The notes under the pieces are model-generated. The model was not told the DNA's origin and made no database searches. It worked only from the letters and a program-made list of their open reading frames with translations. From contig JBAZJG010000001.1 of the NCBI GenBank assembly GCA_041651455.1, forward strand, positions 77,173 through 141,172: a DNA stretch of 64,000 nt, in the 5' to 3' direction. Shown here one piece after another: positions 48,416 to 57,499 of the stretch (its first letter is position 1; each line of letters opens with the position of its first letter). The stretch is from Candidatus Omnitrophota bacterium. Lineage in GTDB: Bacteria > Omnitrophota > Gorgyraeia > Pluralincolimonadales > Pluralincolimonadaceae. The translations under genes and the position numbers were made by a program.

Positions 48416-50061
48416 TGGAAAGAGCGGACTTCGCGATAATAGTCCCTCCGGCGGGGGTAAGCAATACGGTGTATCCGCCGTACGGGGCGATGTACATCGC
48501 GAGCGCGGCAAGGAAAGCGGGGCTCGAGGTCCGAATAATCAATGTCGATACCGACAGGATATCGAACGCAGAAGTAATTGAACGGCTGAAGGCGCTCAGG
48601 CCGGGATTCATAGGCATAAGCGGGATAGTCGCGCCGTCATATAAATATATCAAGGGCCTCAGCGCGGATATCAAGGCCGCGATGCCGGAGAGCATACAGA
48701 TACTCGGCGGAGGGTTGTCGAGCGCGGCGGAGACGGTCCTGAATAACATGCCGGTGGATTACGTTGTCGCCGGCGAAGGCGATAGGGCAATAACGGAACT
48801 AATCGGCCGCCTGCGGGACGGGAAGGTACCTTCGGACGTCACGGGGCTTTATTACAGGGAGGGTGGCAAATGCGTATTCACGGGCGCAAGGAGACTCATA
48901 GCGAATATAGATGAATTGCCTTATCCGGCGTTCGACCTGGTCGATATGTCCAGGTATATGCCCGACGGGAAGGAGTTCATAGGGTATTTCATCCAGGATA
49001 TAAAGGACAGAAGGATAACGGATCCCGGCCGTAAGGGCGGGATGGTGACGATACCGACGGGCAGAGGATGCTTCGGGAAGTGCTCATTCTGCTTCAGGGC
49101 ATACCCGGGGCTCAGGACCCATTCCATGAAATATGTATTCGACCTCATAGAATACTGCGCGGAGAAATTCGGCACGAGCTACTTCTCCTTCGGGGACGAA
49201 TGCTTCGCGCCGAACAAGGAACATAACCGGAAATTTATCGAGGAGTACAAGAAGAGGAAACTTGACCTTGTCTTCAGGATACTCGGAATGAGGGTCGACA
49301 CGGTCGACAGGGACATATTGCACGCTTATAAGGATATAGGATGCTGGATGATCGAGTACGGTTTTGAGGCCGGCAACCAGAGGATGCTTAATATTATCGA
49401 TAAGAGGGTCACCGTGGAGCAGAACAGGCAGGTCGCGCTCTGGACCAGGGAGGCGGGGATATATACGTCGCCGACGATCGTCCTCGCGATGCCCGGAGAG
49501 ACGGACAGGACAGTCAACGAATCTATAGGGTTCCTTAAATCGCTGAACCTCGGTTATAAGCAGTACCAATGGTCGTACGCCCTGCCGATACCCGGTGCGC
49601 CGCTATATGATTTTGCGAAACTGTCGGGCGCCATCAGGGACGAAGACGAATATCTCGCCTCGCTTGACGGCAGGGTCGCGGGCGCGGGGGTCTTCCATGT
49701 AAACCTTACCGATGAGCCGGACTCAACGGTCGCCGGATGGGCGGACAGGATAAAGGAAGAAGTCGACGCGGATTATTTCAGGAAGGTATACAGGTTCGGG
49801 GCTATCGCCGCGATAGCGCGCCTTCTTAAGAAGATCCGCCTGCACCTAAGGAGGAAGGACCTGAAGGATGTCATCAAAGGAAAATTGAAGAGCATCTGGC
49901 GGGGGCATCCGGGCGGGCAAACCTCTGCCCCTGTCGCGGCCCCGGCAAGGTTCAGGAAGAGAAGCGATATCGTATTCGAGGACCTGATAAAGGGCATGGA
50001 CGACACGGTCATCAACAGGGAGATGGCGCTTAAGAACATAAATACGAGGCTCGCGCCGTGA
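48415..50061 (+). CDS. B12-binding (class B) radical SAM protein
   Basis: An N-terminal cobalamin-binding Rossmann fold (AIIVPP...YIASAARKAGLEVRIINVD) and a radical-SAM motif CFGKCSFC are present. Confidence 0.75.
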   Translation: MERADFAIIVPPAGVSNTVYPPYGAMYIASAARKAGLEVRIINVDTDRISNAEVIERLKALRPGFIGISGIVAPSYKYIKGLSADIKAAMPESIQILGGGLSSAAETVLNNMPVDYVVAGEGDRAITELIGRLRDGKVPSDVTGLYYREGGKCVFTGARRLIANIDELPYPAFDLVDMSRYMPDGKEFIGYFIQDIKDRRITDPGRKGGMVTIPTGRGCFGKCSFCFRAYPGLRTHSMKYVFDLIEYCAEKFGTSYFSFGDECFAPNKEHNRKFIEEYKKRKLDLVFRILGMRVDTVDRDILHAYKDIGCWMIEYGFEAGNQRMLNIIDKRVTVEQNRQVALWTREAGIYTSPTIVLAMPGETDRTVNESIGFLKSLNLGYKQYQWSYALPIPGAPLYDFAKLSGAIRDEDEYLASLDGRVAGAGVFHVNLTDEPDSTVAGWADRIKEEVDADYFRKVYRFGAIAAIARLLKKIRLHLRRKDLKDVIKGKLKSIWRGHPGGQTSAPVAAPARFRKRSDIVFEDLIKGMDDTVINREMALKNINTRLAP

Positions 50062-51104
50062 TAAGGGAAGCGCTGCTCGGCGCGGATTACAGGTTCGACG
50101 GTGCGCGGCCGCCCGCATCGCTTAGCGGCACGCAGAACGAGGCGAGGGAGCTCTTCCTCAAAGAAATCCACGCGAGGGGAAGATACATCGACGTAGAAAG
50201 ATGCCCTTTCTGCGGGGCGGCGGAGTTCACTAAGATATCGGAAAGGGACGCGAGGGGGCTGCCGTGCGAAGTGGCCGTCTGCGACGCCTGCGGCGGTTGC
50301 TTCAAGAACAGGATATTGGACCCGGAGGCGAACAGGTACCTATACGAGAAGATATCATACAAGCTTAGAGGCAAGGACCGTTCTCCCGGTGCGGTAGAAG
50401 CGCTGTTCAGGAAAAGGATAAAGGAATTCGCATACCCGAGATACGGGTTCATAAGGCATTTCGCCGAACTGGAGCAGGATATGGACCTTATCGCCGAATT
50501 CGGCTGCGGCGACGGAGCGAACCTGGTCCCGTGGAGGAATGACGGTTTCAGCGTGACAGGCATCGAGTTCGACGGCGGAATGGCCGAGTTTGGCAAAAGC
50601 AAGGGGCTCGACCTCGTTCAGGGCGATTTCATGACGCACGACCTCGGAGGGGCGCGGCCGAAGCTTATAATACTGTCGCACCTGCTTGAGCATGTATCGG
50701 ACATGGACGCGGTTTTAAACCGCATTCATTCCGTGCTCGACCCTTACGGATACCTATTCATAGAAGTGCCGGGCGTGAAAGGACAAGGCCTCGGAAGGCC
50801 GTTATCTTCGTTCGATGTTGAGCACAATTACTATTTCGACCTCGAAAGCCTTTCGTCGGCGCTGGGGAAGAACAGGTTCTCCGTGGCTTACGGAGACGAA
50901 TATATAAGGGTGATCTGCAGGCCGTCCGGCGCACAAGCCGCGGTACCGCGGAATAAAAAGTCGGGCGCGCGAAGGATACTGGACCTTTTCAGGGAAGAGG
51001 AATCGGGAAACATCAGGGCTAAGGTCATGAACAGGCTGACCGGCGCGTACTTCAAGGCGTATTATTCGGTATTATCGTCAGGAGTCGGACATGGCAAAGC
51101 GTAA
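50058..51104 (+). CDS. Class I SAM-dependent methyltransferase with an N-terminal Cys4 zinc ribbon
   Basis: CPFCG...CDACGGC is followed by motif I LIAEFGCGDGANL. Confidence 0.62.
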   Translation: MIREALLGADYRFDGARPPASLSGTQNEARELFLKEIHARGRYIDVERCPFCGAAEFTKISERDARGLPCEVAVCDACGGCFKNRILDPEANRYLYEKISYKLRGKDRSPGAVEALFRKRIKEFAYPRYGFIRHFAELEQDMDLIAEFGCGDGANLVPWRNDGFSVTGIEFDGGMAEFGKSKGLDLVQGDFMTHDLGGARPKLIILSHLLEHVSDMDAVLNRIHSVLDPYGYLFIEVPGVKGQGLGRPLSSFDVEHNYYFDLESLSSALGKNRFSVAYGDEYIRVICRPSGAQAAVPRNKKSGARRILDLFREEESGNIRAKVMNRLTGAYFKAYYSVLSSGVGHGKA

Positions 51105-51828
51105 ATGCAGGACGGTCGCAATGATACCCGCGCGCATGGGCAGCACAAGGCTCGCTATGAAGAACCTCGCGTTGATAGGCGGGAAACCGATGATCTACTA
51201 CGCGATAAAGGCGGCGAAGGATTCGGGCGTATTCGACAGGGTGGTCATAAATTCGGAAGACAGCGTATTCGCGAAGATAGCGAAGCGTTACGGCGCGGAA
51301 TTCTACCTGCGCCCGCGGGAATGGGCGACCTCGGCCGCGAAATCCGATTTCGTGGTATATGATTTCGTCAGGAATAATCCGTGCGATGTGGTCGCGTGGG
51401 TAAACCCGACGTCGCCGCTGCAGACGGCGGACGAAGTAAGGGGCGCCATGGAATATTTCGTGAAAGAGAAGCTCGATTCGATGATAACCGTCAAGGACGA
51501 GCAGGTCCATTGCGTATATAAGGGAAAGCCGGTCAATTTCAACCTGAAGGAGGTCTTCGCGCAGACGCAGGATTTGGTCCCGGTACAGCCCTTCGTATAT
51601 TCGGTGATGGCGTGGAAGACGGGAAAGTTCATGAAAGAGTTCGAAAGGAAGGGTTTTGCGTTCTTTTGCGGTAAGACGGGGTATTACCCGGTAAGCAAGC
51701 TAGCGGGCATAATAATCAAAAGGCAGGAAGACCTGATGGCCGCGGACCTTATGCTGCGGTCTATCTCAAAAAAAGGCGGGTACAAGCTGCGCTACGACAA
51801 GCTCGCCGTAAAGGGCAGGAGAGGATAA
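51091..51828 (+). CDS. Acylneuraminate/ulosonate cytidylyltransferase family protein
   Basis: VAMIPARMGSTRLAMKNL and NPTSPLQ are present. Confidence 0.68.
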   Translation: MAKRKCRTVAMIPARMGSTRLAMKNLALIGGKPMIYYAIKAAKDSGVFDRVVINSEDSVFAKIAKRYGAEFYLRPREWATSAAKSDFVVYDFVRNNPCDVVAWVNPTSPLQTADEVRGAMEYFVKEKLDSMITVKDEQVHCVYKGKPVNFNLKEVFAQTQDLVPVQPFVYSVMAWKTGKFMKEFERKGFAFFCGKTGYYPVSKLAGIIIKRQEDLMAADLMLRSISKKGGYKLRYDKLAVKGRRG

Positions 51829-51829
51829 T

Positions 51830-53182
51830 TTGGGAAAGCTCGCTTCTATAATAATCAGGACAAAGAACGAGGAGCGCTGGATAACGCAGTGCCTGCACGG
51901 CGTGTTCGAGCAGGAGTACAAGGATCTCGAGGTCATACTCGTGGATAACGAAAGCGATGACAAGACGCTCGAGAAGGCCGGGCAGTTCAAGCTTGCGAAA
52001 GTCGTGAAATGCACAGAATACCTGCCGGGTAAGGCCCTAAACATCGGAATAAGGGAATCGAAGGGGGATTATATCGTATGCCTCTCGGGCCATTGCATAC
52101 CCGTGAACTCGAAGTGGCTCGGGAACCTGCTTAAGGACCTCGATGACCCCGGGGTGGCAGGCGTATACGGCAGGCAGGAGCCGATGAGCTTCACTCCCGA
52201 TTCCGACAAGCGGGATCTTACGCTCGTCTTCGGGCTCGACAGGAAGGTCCAGCAGAAGGACAGCTTTTTCCACAACGCGAACAGCGCCATGAGGAAAGAG
52301 ACCTGGCGGAAATACCCGTTCGATGAGGCCGTCACGAATATCGAGGACAGGGTCTGGGCGAAAAAGGTCCTCGAACAGGGATACAAGATAATATATGAGC
52401 CGGAGGCGAGTGTATACCATTATCACGGTATACACCAGAACAGCAATGAACAGCGCTGTTCGAACGTCGTGAAGATAATGGAGAAGCTCCACGCGGGATT
52501 CAGCAGGAAGCCGATAGACATGGAGAAGATGGATGTCGCGGCGATAATACCGGTAAAGGGCGCGGCCAGATATATCGGGGATGCGCCGCTCATCGAATAC
52601 ACGATAAAGAGAGCGAAGGAATCGAAATATATAAATAATGTGATAGTCTCCACGGATAACGAAGAGACCGGGCAGTTGGCGAGGAAGCTGGGCGCGAACG
52701 TGCCGTTCATAAGGGACCCTTCGCTCTCGAAAGAGAATATCGACCTCGCGCAGGTCCTGCGGTATACGATGAAGAAGCTCGAAGAGTCGCGCATACTTCC
52801 AGACATCGTCGTCCTGCTGGAAGTCACGTTCCCGTTCAGGCCCGAGGGCCTGCTCGACGACATGATCGCGCAGCTCGCGGAAGGCGGGTTCGACAGCGTC
52901 GTCGCGGCGAAGAAAGAGAACAAGGCTATATGGCAGCAGAAGGACGGTGTGATATCGCAGATAGAGGAAGGCATAACCCCTAGGCAGTTCAAGGAGCCCA
53001 CGTACATTGAGTTGAAGGGTGTCGGCTGCGTGACGCATCCGGAGTTTCTCAGGGAAGGCAAGCTCCTCGGTGAGAAGGTGGGCATCTACGAACTGGACAA
53101 CCCGTATTCGCACCTCGAGGTCAGGAGCGAGGATGATTATAAGCTCGCGTCATCGCTCATAAAGGAGGTATTCGGGAGGTAA
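51830..53182 (+). CDS. Fusion of an N-terminal GT2 glycosyltransferase with a C-terminal cytidylyltransferase-like domain; apparent TTG start
   Basis: The N-terminus SIIIRTKNEERWI...VILVDNESDD matches GT2. The C-terminus AAIIPVKGAARYIGDAPL...EVTFPFRP is cytidylyltransferase-like. A TTG lies at 51830, two nt after the upstream TAA. Confidence 0.55.
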   Translation: MGKLASIIIRTKNEERWITQCLHGVFEQEYKDLEVILVDNESDDKTLEKAGQFKLAKVVKCTEYLPGKALNIGIRESKGDYIVCLSGHCIPVNSKWLGNLLKDLDDPGVAGVYGRQEPMSFTPDSDKRDLTLVFGLDRKVQQKDSFFHNANSAMRKETWRKYPFDEAVTNIEDRVWAKKVLEQGYKIIYEPEASVYHYHGIHQNSNEQRCSNVVKIMEKLHAGFSRKPIDMEKMDVAAIIPVKGAARYIGDAPLIEYTIKRAKESKYINNVIVSTDNEETGQLARKLGANVPFIRDPSLSKENIDLAQVLRYTMKKLEESRILPDIVVLLEVTFPFRPEGLLDDMIAQLAEGGFDSVVAAKKENKAIWQQKDGVISQIEEGITPRQFKEPTYIELKGVGCVTHPEFLREGKLLGEKVGIYELDNPYSHLEVRSEDDYKLASSLIKEVFGR

Positions 53183-55032
53183 TGGCTTTTTCCGGAGTTA
53201 AAAAGCTCGTATTCATCAACGGCATAAACGAGGCCGACGCTTACATGGATGGCCTTCCCGCGGAAGATGCAGCCGGCGATACGCTCCTGATAGCGATGAA
53301 CCCGTCCATCCGTGCGCGCCTGAAGAGGAGAGGGTTCCGCGTCGCCGATACCGCGGATTATTTCACGGCGGATTCCCATGTGAACACGCTGAATAAGTCG
53401 GACGAACTTGTCAAATGGTTCGAGGCGAACGCCCGGTTCGCCGATACCGGGATGGGGGTTAGCGGCGCCTACAGGGATTTTTTCATATACTGGGTAAGGT
53501 TCGCGATGCATTACTGCATCTGGGCAATAGACATGGCATCCGCGGCTATAGAAGCGCATAAGCCGGAGTCGGTATGCGCATACGGCGCGGGTGGCAAGCA
53601 GGCTGTATCGAGTTTGTATATAGAGAACAGCGAAGGTTATTTCGGCCGCCTTGTAAGGGATACCGCGAAGGCGAAAAGCGTAAGATTCATAGACCTCGGG
53701 AACGGGGGCATCGGGCCCCGCAGGGAACAGGGGCCGCGCGCGATATACATGCGGTCGCTGGTAAGGTTCATCCTGCAGAATATAAAGTTCTCTTTATGGG
53801 AGGCCTCGGTATGGGCAAAGAACATATTCCCGGGCAAGAAACCGGTATTCTTCACGACGAGGTTCTATAACCTCGACAAGCTCGCGAAGGAAGCGGTAAA
53901 GGACGGCAGCGGCAAGAGGCCGGAGATACTGAGGGGGCCGGTAATATTCACATACGGCCTGTCCGATGCGGTAATAAAATTGTTCGGCGCCGCCCATTCC
54001 GCCGCGATAATATCGCAGAAGAAGAACTTCGCGGAGCTCGTCGAAAAGATAAGGAAGGACCCATCGGTATTCTCCTATAAGGCGGTATCGTTCGCAGAGC
54101 CCGTTTCAGGGAAGATCGAAGATAATCTGGGCGACCATATAATGGGCCTCATGCTGTGGACCGTGAAACTCAATGATTTTGTCGACAGGTCGAAGGCGTC
54201 ATTGTTCGTCTCCAACGGCAACAGGGCGGACGATGTGATACTGGCTGAATTATGCGCGAGGAAAGGCGTAAGGACGTTGCTGATAAGCCACGGTTCGCAT
54301 GTCCGGCCTAAGAACGTCCCTGAGAGGATAGAATGGGGCGAGCATGGAAGGGCGCTTCTCAGGGCGCCGTTCTCGGATATCGCGCTGCAGACGCCCGTCG
54401 CGGAAGGATACGTCGATGCCTTCAAGACGGAAAGCAGGATGATCAGGACCGGCCCTCTCATATGGGGAAAACCGGTGGAGCGCAGGAAGAGCGGCGTGAG
54501 GACTATCGTGCATGCAGGCACGCCGAAGGCGGCGAACAGCTTAAGGCCGTTCGTCTACGAAACACCCGATGAATACATACGCGGCATATGCGAGCTCGCC
54601 GCGGCTGTGGAGGGGATACCCGATGCGGTGCTTATCGTGCGTTTCAGGCCGTCCTCGGATATAGGGATTGAGGATATCAGGGAACTCGTGCCATTTTCCG
54701 ATAAAGTGAAGCTCAGCACAGACGGGCCTTTTTCGGCAGCGCTCGGGGCGGCGGACCTGCTGGTAAGTTTTTCATCTACGACGATAGAGGAAGCCCTGCA
54801 GAACAGGATACCCGTCCTTCTTTACGGAGGTTCTGGGCGCTATATGCACATAGAAGCTGTCGAGGCGGGAAGCAACGGCGAAATGCCGCGGTCGGCGATA
54901 TACCATGTGAGTAAGGCCGGCGACCTTAGGCCTGCAATAGAGAAGATCCTCGGCCTAGGAACGGACGGTAAACTATTCGACGAATATATATACCCTGAAA
55001 ACGAAAGGCAGCCTCTGGAAGTGCTATTATAA
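53182..55032 (+). CDS. Hypothetical 616-aa protein (candidate glycosyltransferase, unassigned)
   Basis: It is a long in-operon ORF with no confidently recognised motif. Confidence 0.3.
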   Translation: MAFSGVKKLVFINGINEADAYMDGLPAEDAAGDTLLIAMNPSIRARLKRRGFRVADTADYFTADSHVNTLNKSDELVKWFEANARFADTGMGVSGAYRDFFIYWVRFAMHYCIWAIDMASAAIEAHKPESVCAYGAGGKQAVSSLYIENSEGYFGRLVRDTAKAKSVRFIDLGNGGIGPRREQGPRAIYMRSLVRFILQNIKFSLWEASVWAKNIFPGKKPVFFTTRFYNLDKLAKEAVKDGSGKRPEILRGPVIFTYGLSDAVIKLFGAAHSAAIISQKKNFAELVEKIRKDPSVFSYKAVSFAEPVSGKIEDNLGDHIMGLMLWTVKLNDFVDRSKASLFVSNGNRADDVILAELCARKGVRTLLISHGSHVRPKNVPERIEWGEHGRALLRAPFSDIALQTPVAEGYVDAFKTESRMIRTGPLIWGKPVERRKSGVRTIVHAGTPKAANSLRPFVYETPDEYIRGICELAAAVEGIPDAVLIVRFRPSSDIGIEDIRELVPFSDKVKLSTDGPFSAALGAADLLVSFSSTTIEEALQNRIPVLLYGGSGRYMHIEAVEAGSNGEMPRSAIYHVSKAGDLRPAIEKILGLGTDGKLFDEYIYPENERQPLEVLL

Positions 55033-55043
55033 AAGGGCTTTAT

Positions 55044-56768
55044 ATGAAAGACAGCAGAAGACGATATAAAGGTTTCGAAATCCTGGATTGCACCGTCAGG
55101 GACGGCGGTTACCTCAACGATTGGAAGTTCGACAAGGCGCTCGTCAGGGAGGTATACAGGGCCGTTTCGAAAGCGGGTGTGCCCGTCATCGAGATAGGGT
55201 TCAGGGGGACGGATGAGCATTTCGACAGGAAGAAGTACGGCCCCTGGAGGTTCTCGGACGAGTCGTTGCTGCGCGAGACGATCGAAGGGATAGACGGCGC
55301 GAAGCTCGCGCTGATGGGTGACTTCGGCAGGATATCGGCGGACGACTTTGTCCCGCGCGACGAGAGCGTTGTCGATATCGTGAGGATAGCGGCCCATAAG
55401 AACGATATAGCGGAAACTATCAAGACCCTCGGCAGGATAAAGAAGAAGGGTTACAAGACCTCGCTTAACGCGATGGGATACAGCAACTACACGAAATCGG
55501 AACGGAAGAGGTTCATCTCGATGGTCAGGAAGGCGGGCCTCGATTATGTATATGCGGTGGACAGCTACGGTTCGGTCTTCCCGAACGAGATAGAAGGGCT
55601 CATCAGCCCGCTGCTCGGCATACGCGGGACGAAGGTCGGGTTCCATCCGCATAACAGCCTGCAGATGGCGTTCGCGAACACGCTTGAGGCGGTCCGCTGC
55701 GGCGCGGATATAGTCGATTCGACGTTCTACGGCATTGGCCGCGGGGCGGGCAACCTGCCGACCGAAATAATCGTGCTCTATAAGGAGCTTTTAGGCGATA
55801 AGAAATATAACGCGATTCCGGTCCTCAATTGCATAGACAGGTACTTCCTGCCGATGAGGAAGGAGATCGACTGGGGATACCAACTGCCGTTCATGCTCTC
55901 AGGGATGTACAAATGCCACCCGAACTACGCGAGCGGCCTGATAAATTACAGGGAATATACGATAGACGAGATATGCAAGGCGATGGAGGCGATAGAGAAG
56001 AAGAACCCGTTAGGATACAAGCCGGAGATATTAAAGGAGATCATCGAGGACGGGCTTATCGGAAAGCTGAAGGCCTCCTCCGTAGCGAAAAAGGCCGGTA
56101 AGGCCAGGAAAGCCGGGATACCGGTACCGTACGCGGGCAGGCATGAGGGAAGGGATTTCCTGGTACTTGCCAACGGGCCCGGCCTGAAGGATAACAGGGA
56201 GAAGATAGAGGCGTTCATAAGGAAGACGGACCCCGTCATACTCGGCGCGAACAACCTCTCGGGGCTGTTCGTCCCGCATTATCACGCGTTCAACAACAAG
56301 AGGAGGTTCACGGATTACGCCGGTACCGTTTCCGGTAAGTCGAAACTCCTCATAAGCGAATATTTCCCGGAGGAGTTCATAAGGGAATACACGGACAGCG
56401 ACTACGAGAAACTGTATTACAACGATGTCCTGAACGCTCATTTCGGCATCGATGACGGGGTCATCCGTACGAATTGCAGGACGATATCGGTCCTGCTTAT
56501 CGGCGCGGCGATAGTGATGGGCGCCAGGAGGATATTCGTCGCCGGGATGGACGGCTACCTCGGCCCGGGCACCGAAGGCAAGGCCCTTTATTACAACGAG
56601 AAAGACGAGAAGACCGATAAGCAGATGATCATAGAGAGGCACATGTGGTGCCAGAAGTTCCTGGAGGAGATAGAGGCATACCTGCAGAAGAACGGCAGGG
56701 AGGGTATCCATATCATAACGCCCACGACCTACAAGGCGTTCTATAAAAGCGTGGAAAATTACATATGA
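55044..56768 (+). CDS. Two-domain protein: an N-terminal HMGL-like (aldolase/pyruvate carboxyltransferase TIM-barrel) domain and a C-terminal GT42/Maf(DUF115)-like ulosonic-acid transferase-like domain
   Basis: The N-terminus ILDCTVRDGGY has the DTTLRDG-like motif. The C-terminus FLVLANGPGLKDNREKIEAFI resembles the Cst-II/Maf motif (AGNGPSL). Confidence 0.4.
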   Translation: MKDSRRRYKGFEILDCTVRDGGYLNDWKFDKALVREVYRAVSKAGVPVIEIGFRGTDEHFDRKKYGPWRFSDESLLRETIEGIDGAKLALMGDFGRISADDFVPRDESVVDIVRIAAHKNDIAETIKTLGRIKKKGYKTSLNAMGYSNYTKSERKRFISMVRKAGLDYVYAVDSYGSVFPNEIEGLISPLLGIRGTKVGFHPHNSLQMAFANTLEAVRCGADIVDSTFYGIGRGAGNLPTEIIVLYKELLGDKKYNAIPVLNCIDRYFLPMRKEIDWGYQLPFMLSGMYKCHPNYASGLINYREYTIDEICKAMEAIEKKNPLGYKPEILKEIIEDGLIGKLKASSVAKKAGKARKAGIPVPYAGRHEGRDFLVLANGPGLKDNREKIEAFIRKTDPVILGANNLSGLFVPHYHAFNNKRRFTDYAGTVSGKSKLLISEYFPEEFIREYTDSDYEKLYYNDVLNAHFGIDDGVIRTNCRTISVLLIGAAIVMGARRIFVAGMDGYLGPGTEGKALYYNEKDEKTDKQMIIERHMWCQKFLEEIEAYLQKNGREGIHIITPTTYKAFYKSVENYI

Positions 56769-57499
56769 AAATAATCGGGGTAATACCGGCGCGTTTCAAG
56801 TCATCGAGGTTTCCCGGCAAGCCGTTGGCGGATATATGCGGCAAGCCGCTCGTATGGTGGGTATACAAACAGGCCGTGAAGGTAAAGGAACTCGGAAAGG
56901 TCTATGTCGCCACAGATGACAGCAGGATAGCCCGGGAATGCAAAAAGCTCGCGATACCGTATGTGATGACATCGGGCAGGCACCCGACAGGCACGGACAG
57001 GGTCGCCGAGGTCGCGCGGAAGGTCAAAGCGGATATTTACGTGAATATACAGGGGGATGAACCCCTGCTGAAACCCGCTATGATAAGAAGCGCGATAGGA
57101 CCGCTTTTGAAAAAGAATTCCGGATTCGATGTTACGAACCTGATGTCTTTAATACGCAACCCGAAGGAAGTACCGAGCCCGACCGTCCCGAAGGTCGCGG
57201 TGAACGCGAAGGGTGACGCCGTATTCCTCTCGAGGGCGCCGATACCTTATCCGAAGAGGGGCGGCAACGCGCAGTATTATAAGCAGGTCTGCGTATACGG
57301 GTTCAGGAGGAAGGCATTATTGGCGTTCGGCGGGCTCCGGAGGGGGGCTTCCGAGCTTATAGAGGATATCGAGCTTCTGCGTTTCATAGAGAACGGCATA
57401 AAGGTCAGGATGATCGAAGTGAAGAGCGGCAGCATGGCGGTAGATACGCCTGAGGACCTCGAGGCGGTAAAAAAGATAATATGCAAAAGCCGGGCGTAA
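56765..57499 (+). CDS. kdsB: 3-deoxy-manno-octulosonate cytidylyltransferase (CMP-Kdo synthetase)
   Basis: IIGVIPARFKSSRFPGKPL, HPTGTDRVAEV and IQGDEPL are present. Confidence 0.85.
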   Translation: MKIIGVIPARFKSSRFPGKPLADICGKPLVWWVYKQAVKVKELGKVYVATDDSRIARECKKLAIPYVMTSGRHPTGTDRVAEVARKVKADIYVNIQGDEPLLKPAMIRSAIGPLLKKNSGFDVTNLMSLIRNPKEVPSPTVPKVAVNAKGDAVFLSRAPIPYPKRGGNAQYYKQVCVYGFRRKALLAFGGLRRGASELIEDIELLRFIENGIKVRMIEVKSGSMAVDTPEDLEAVKKIICKSRA

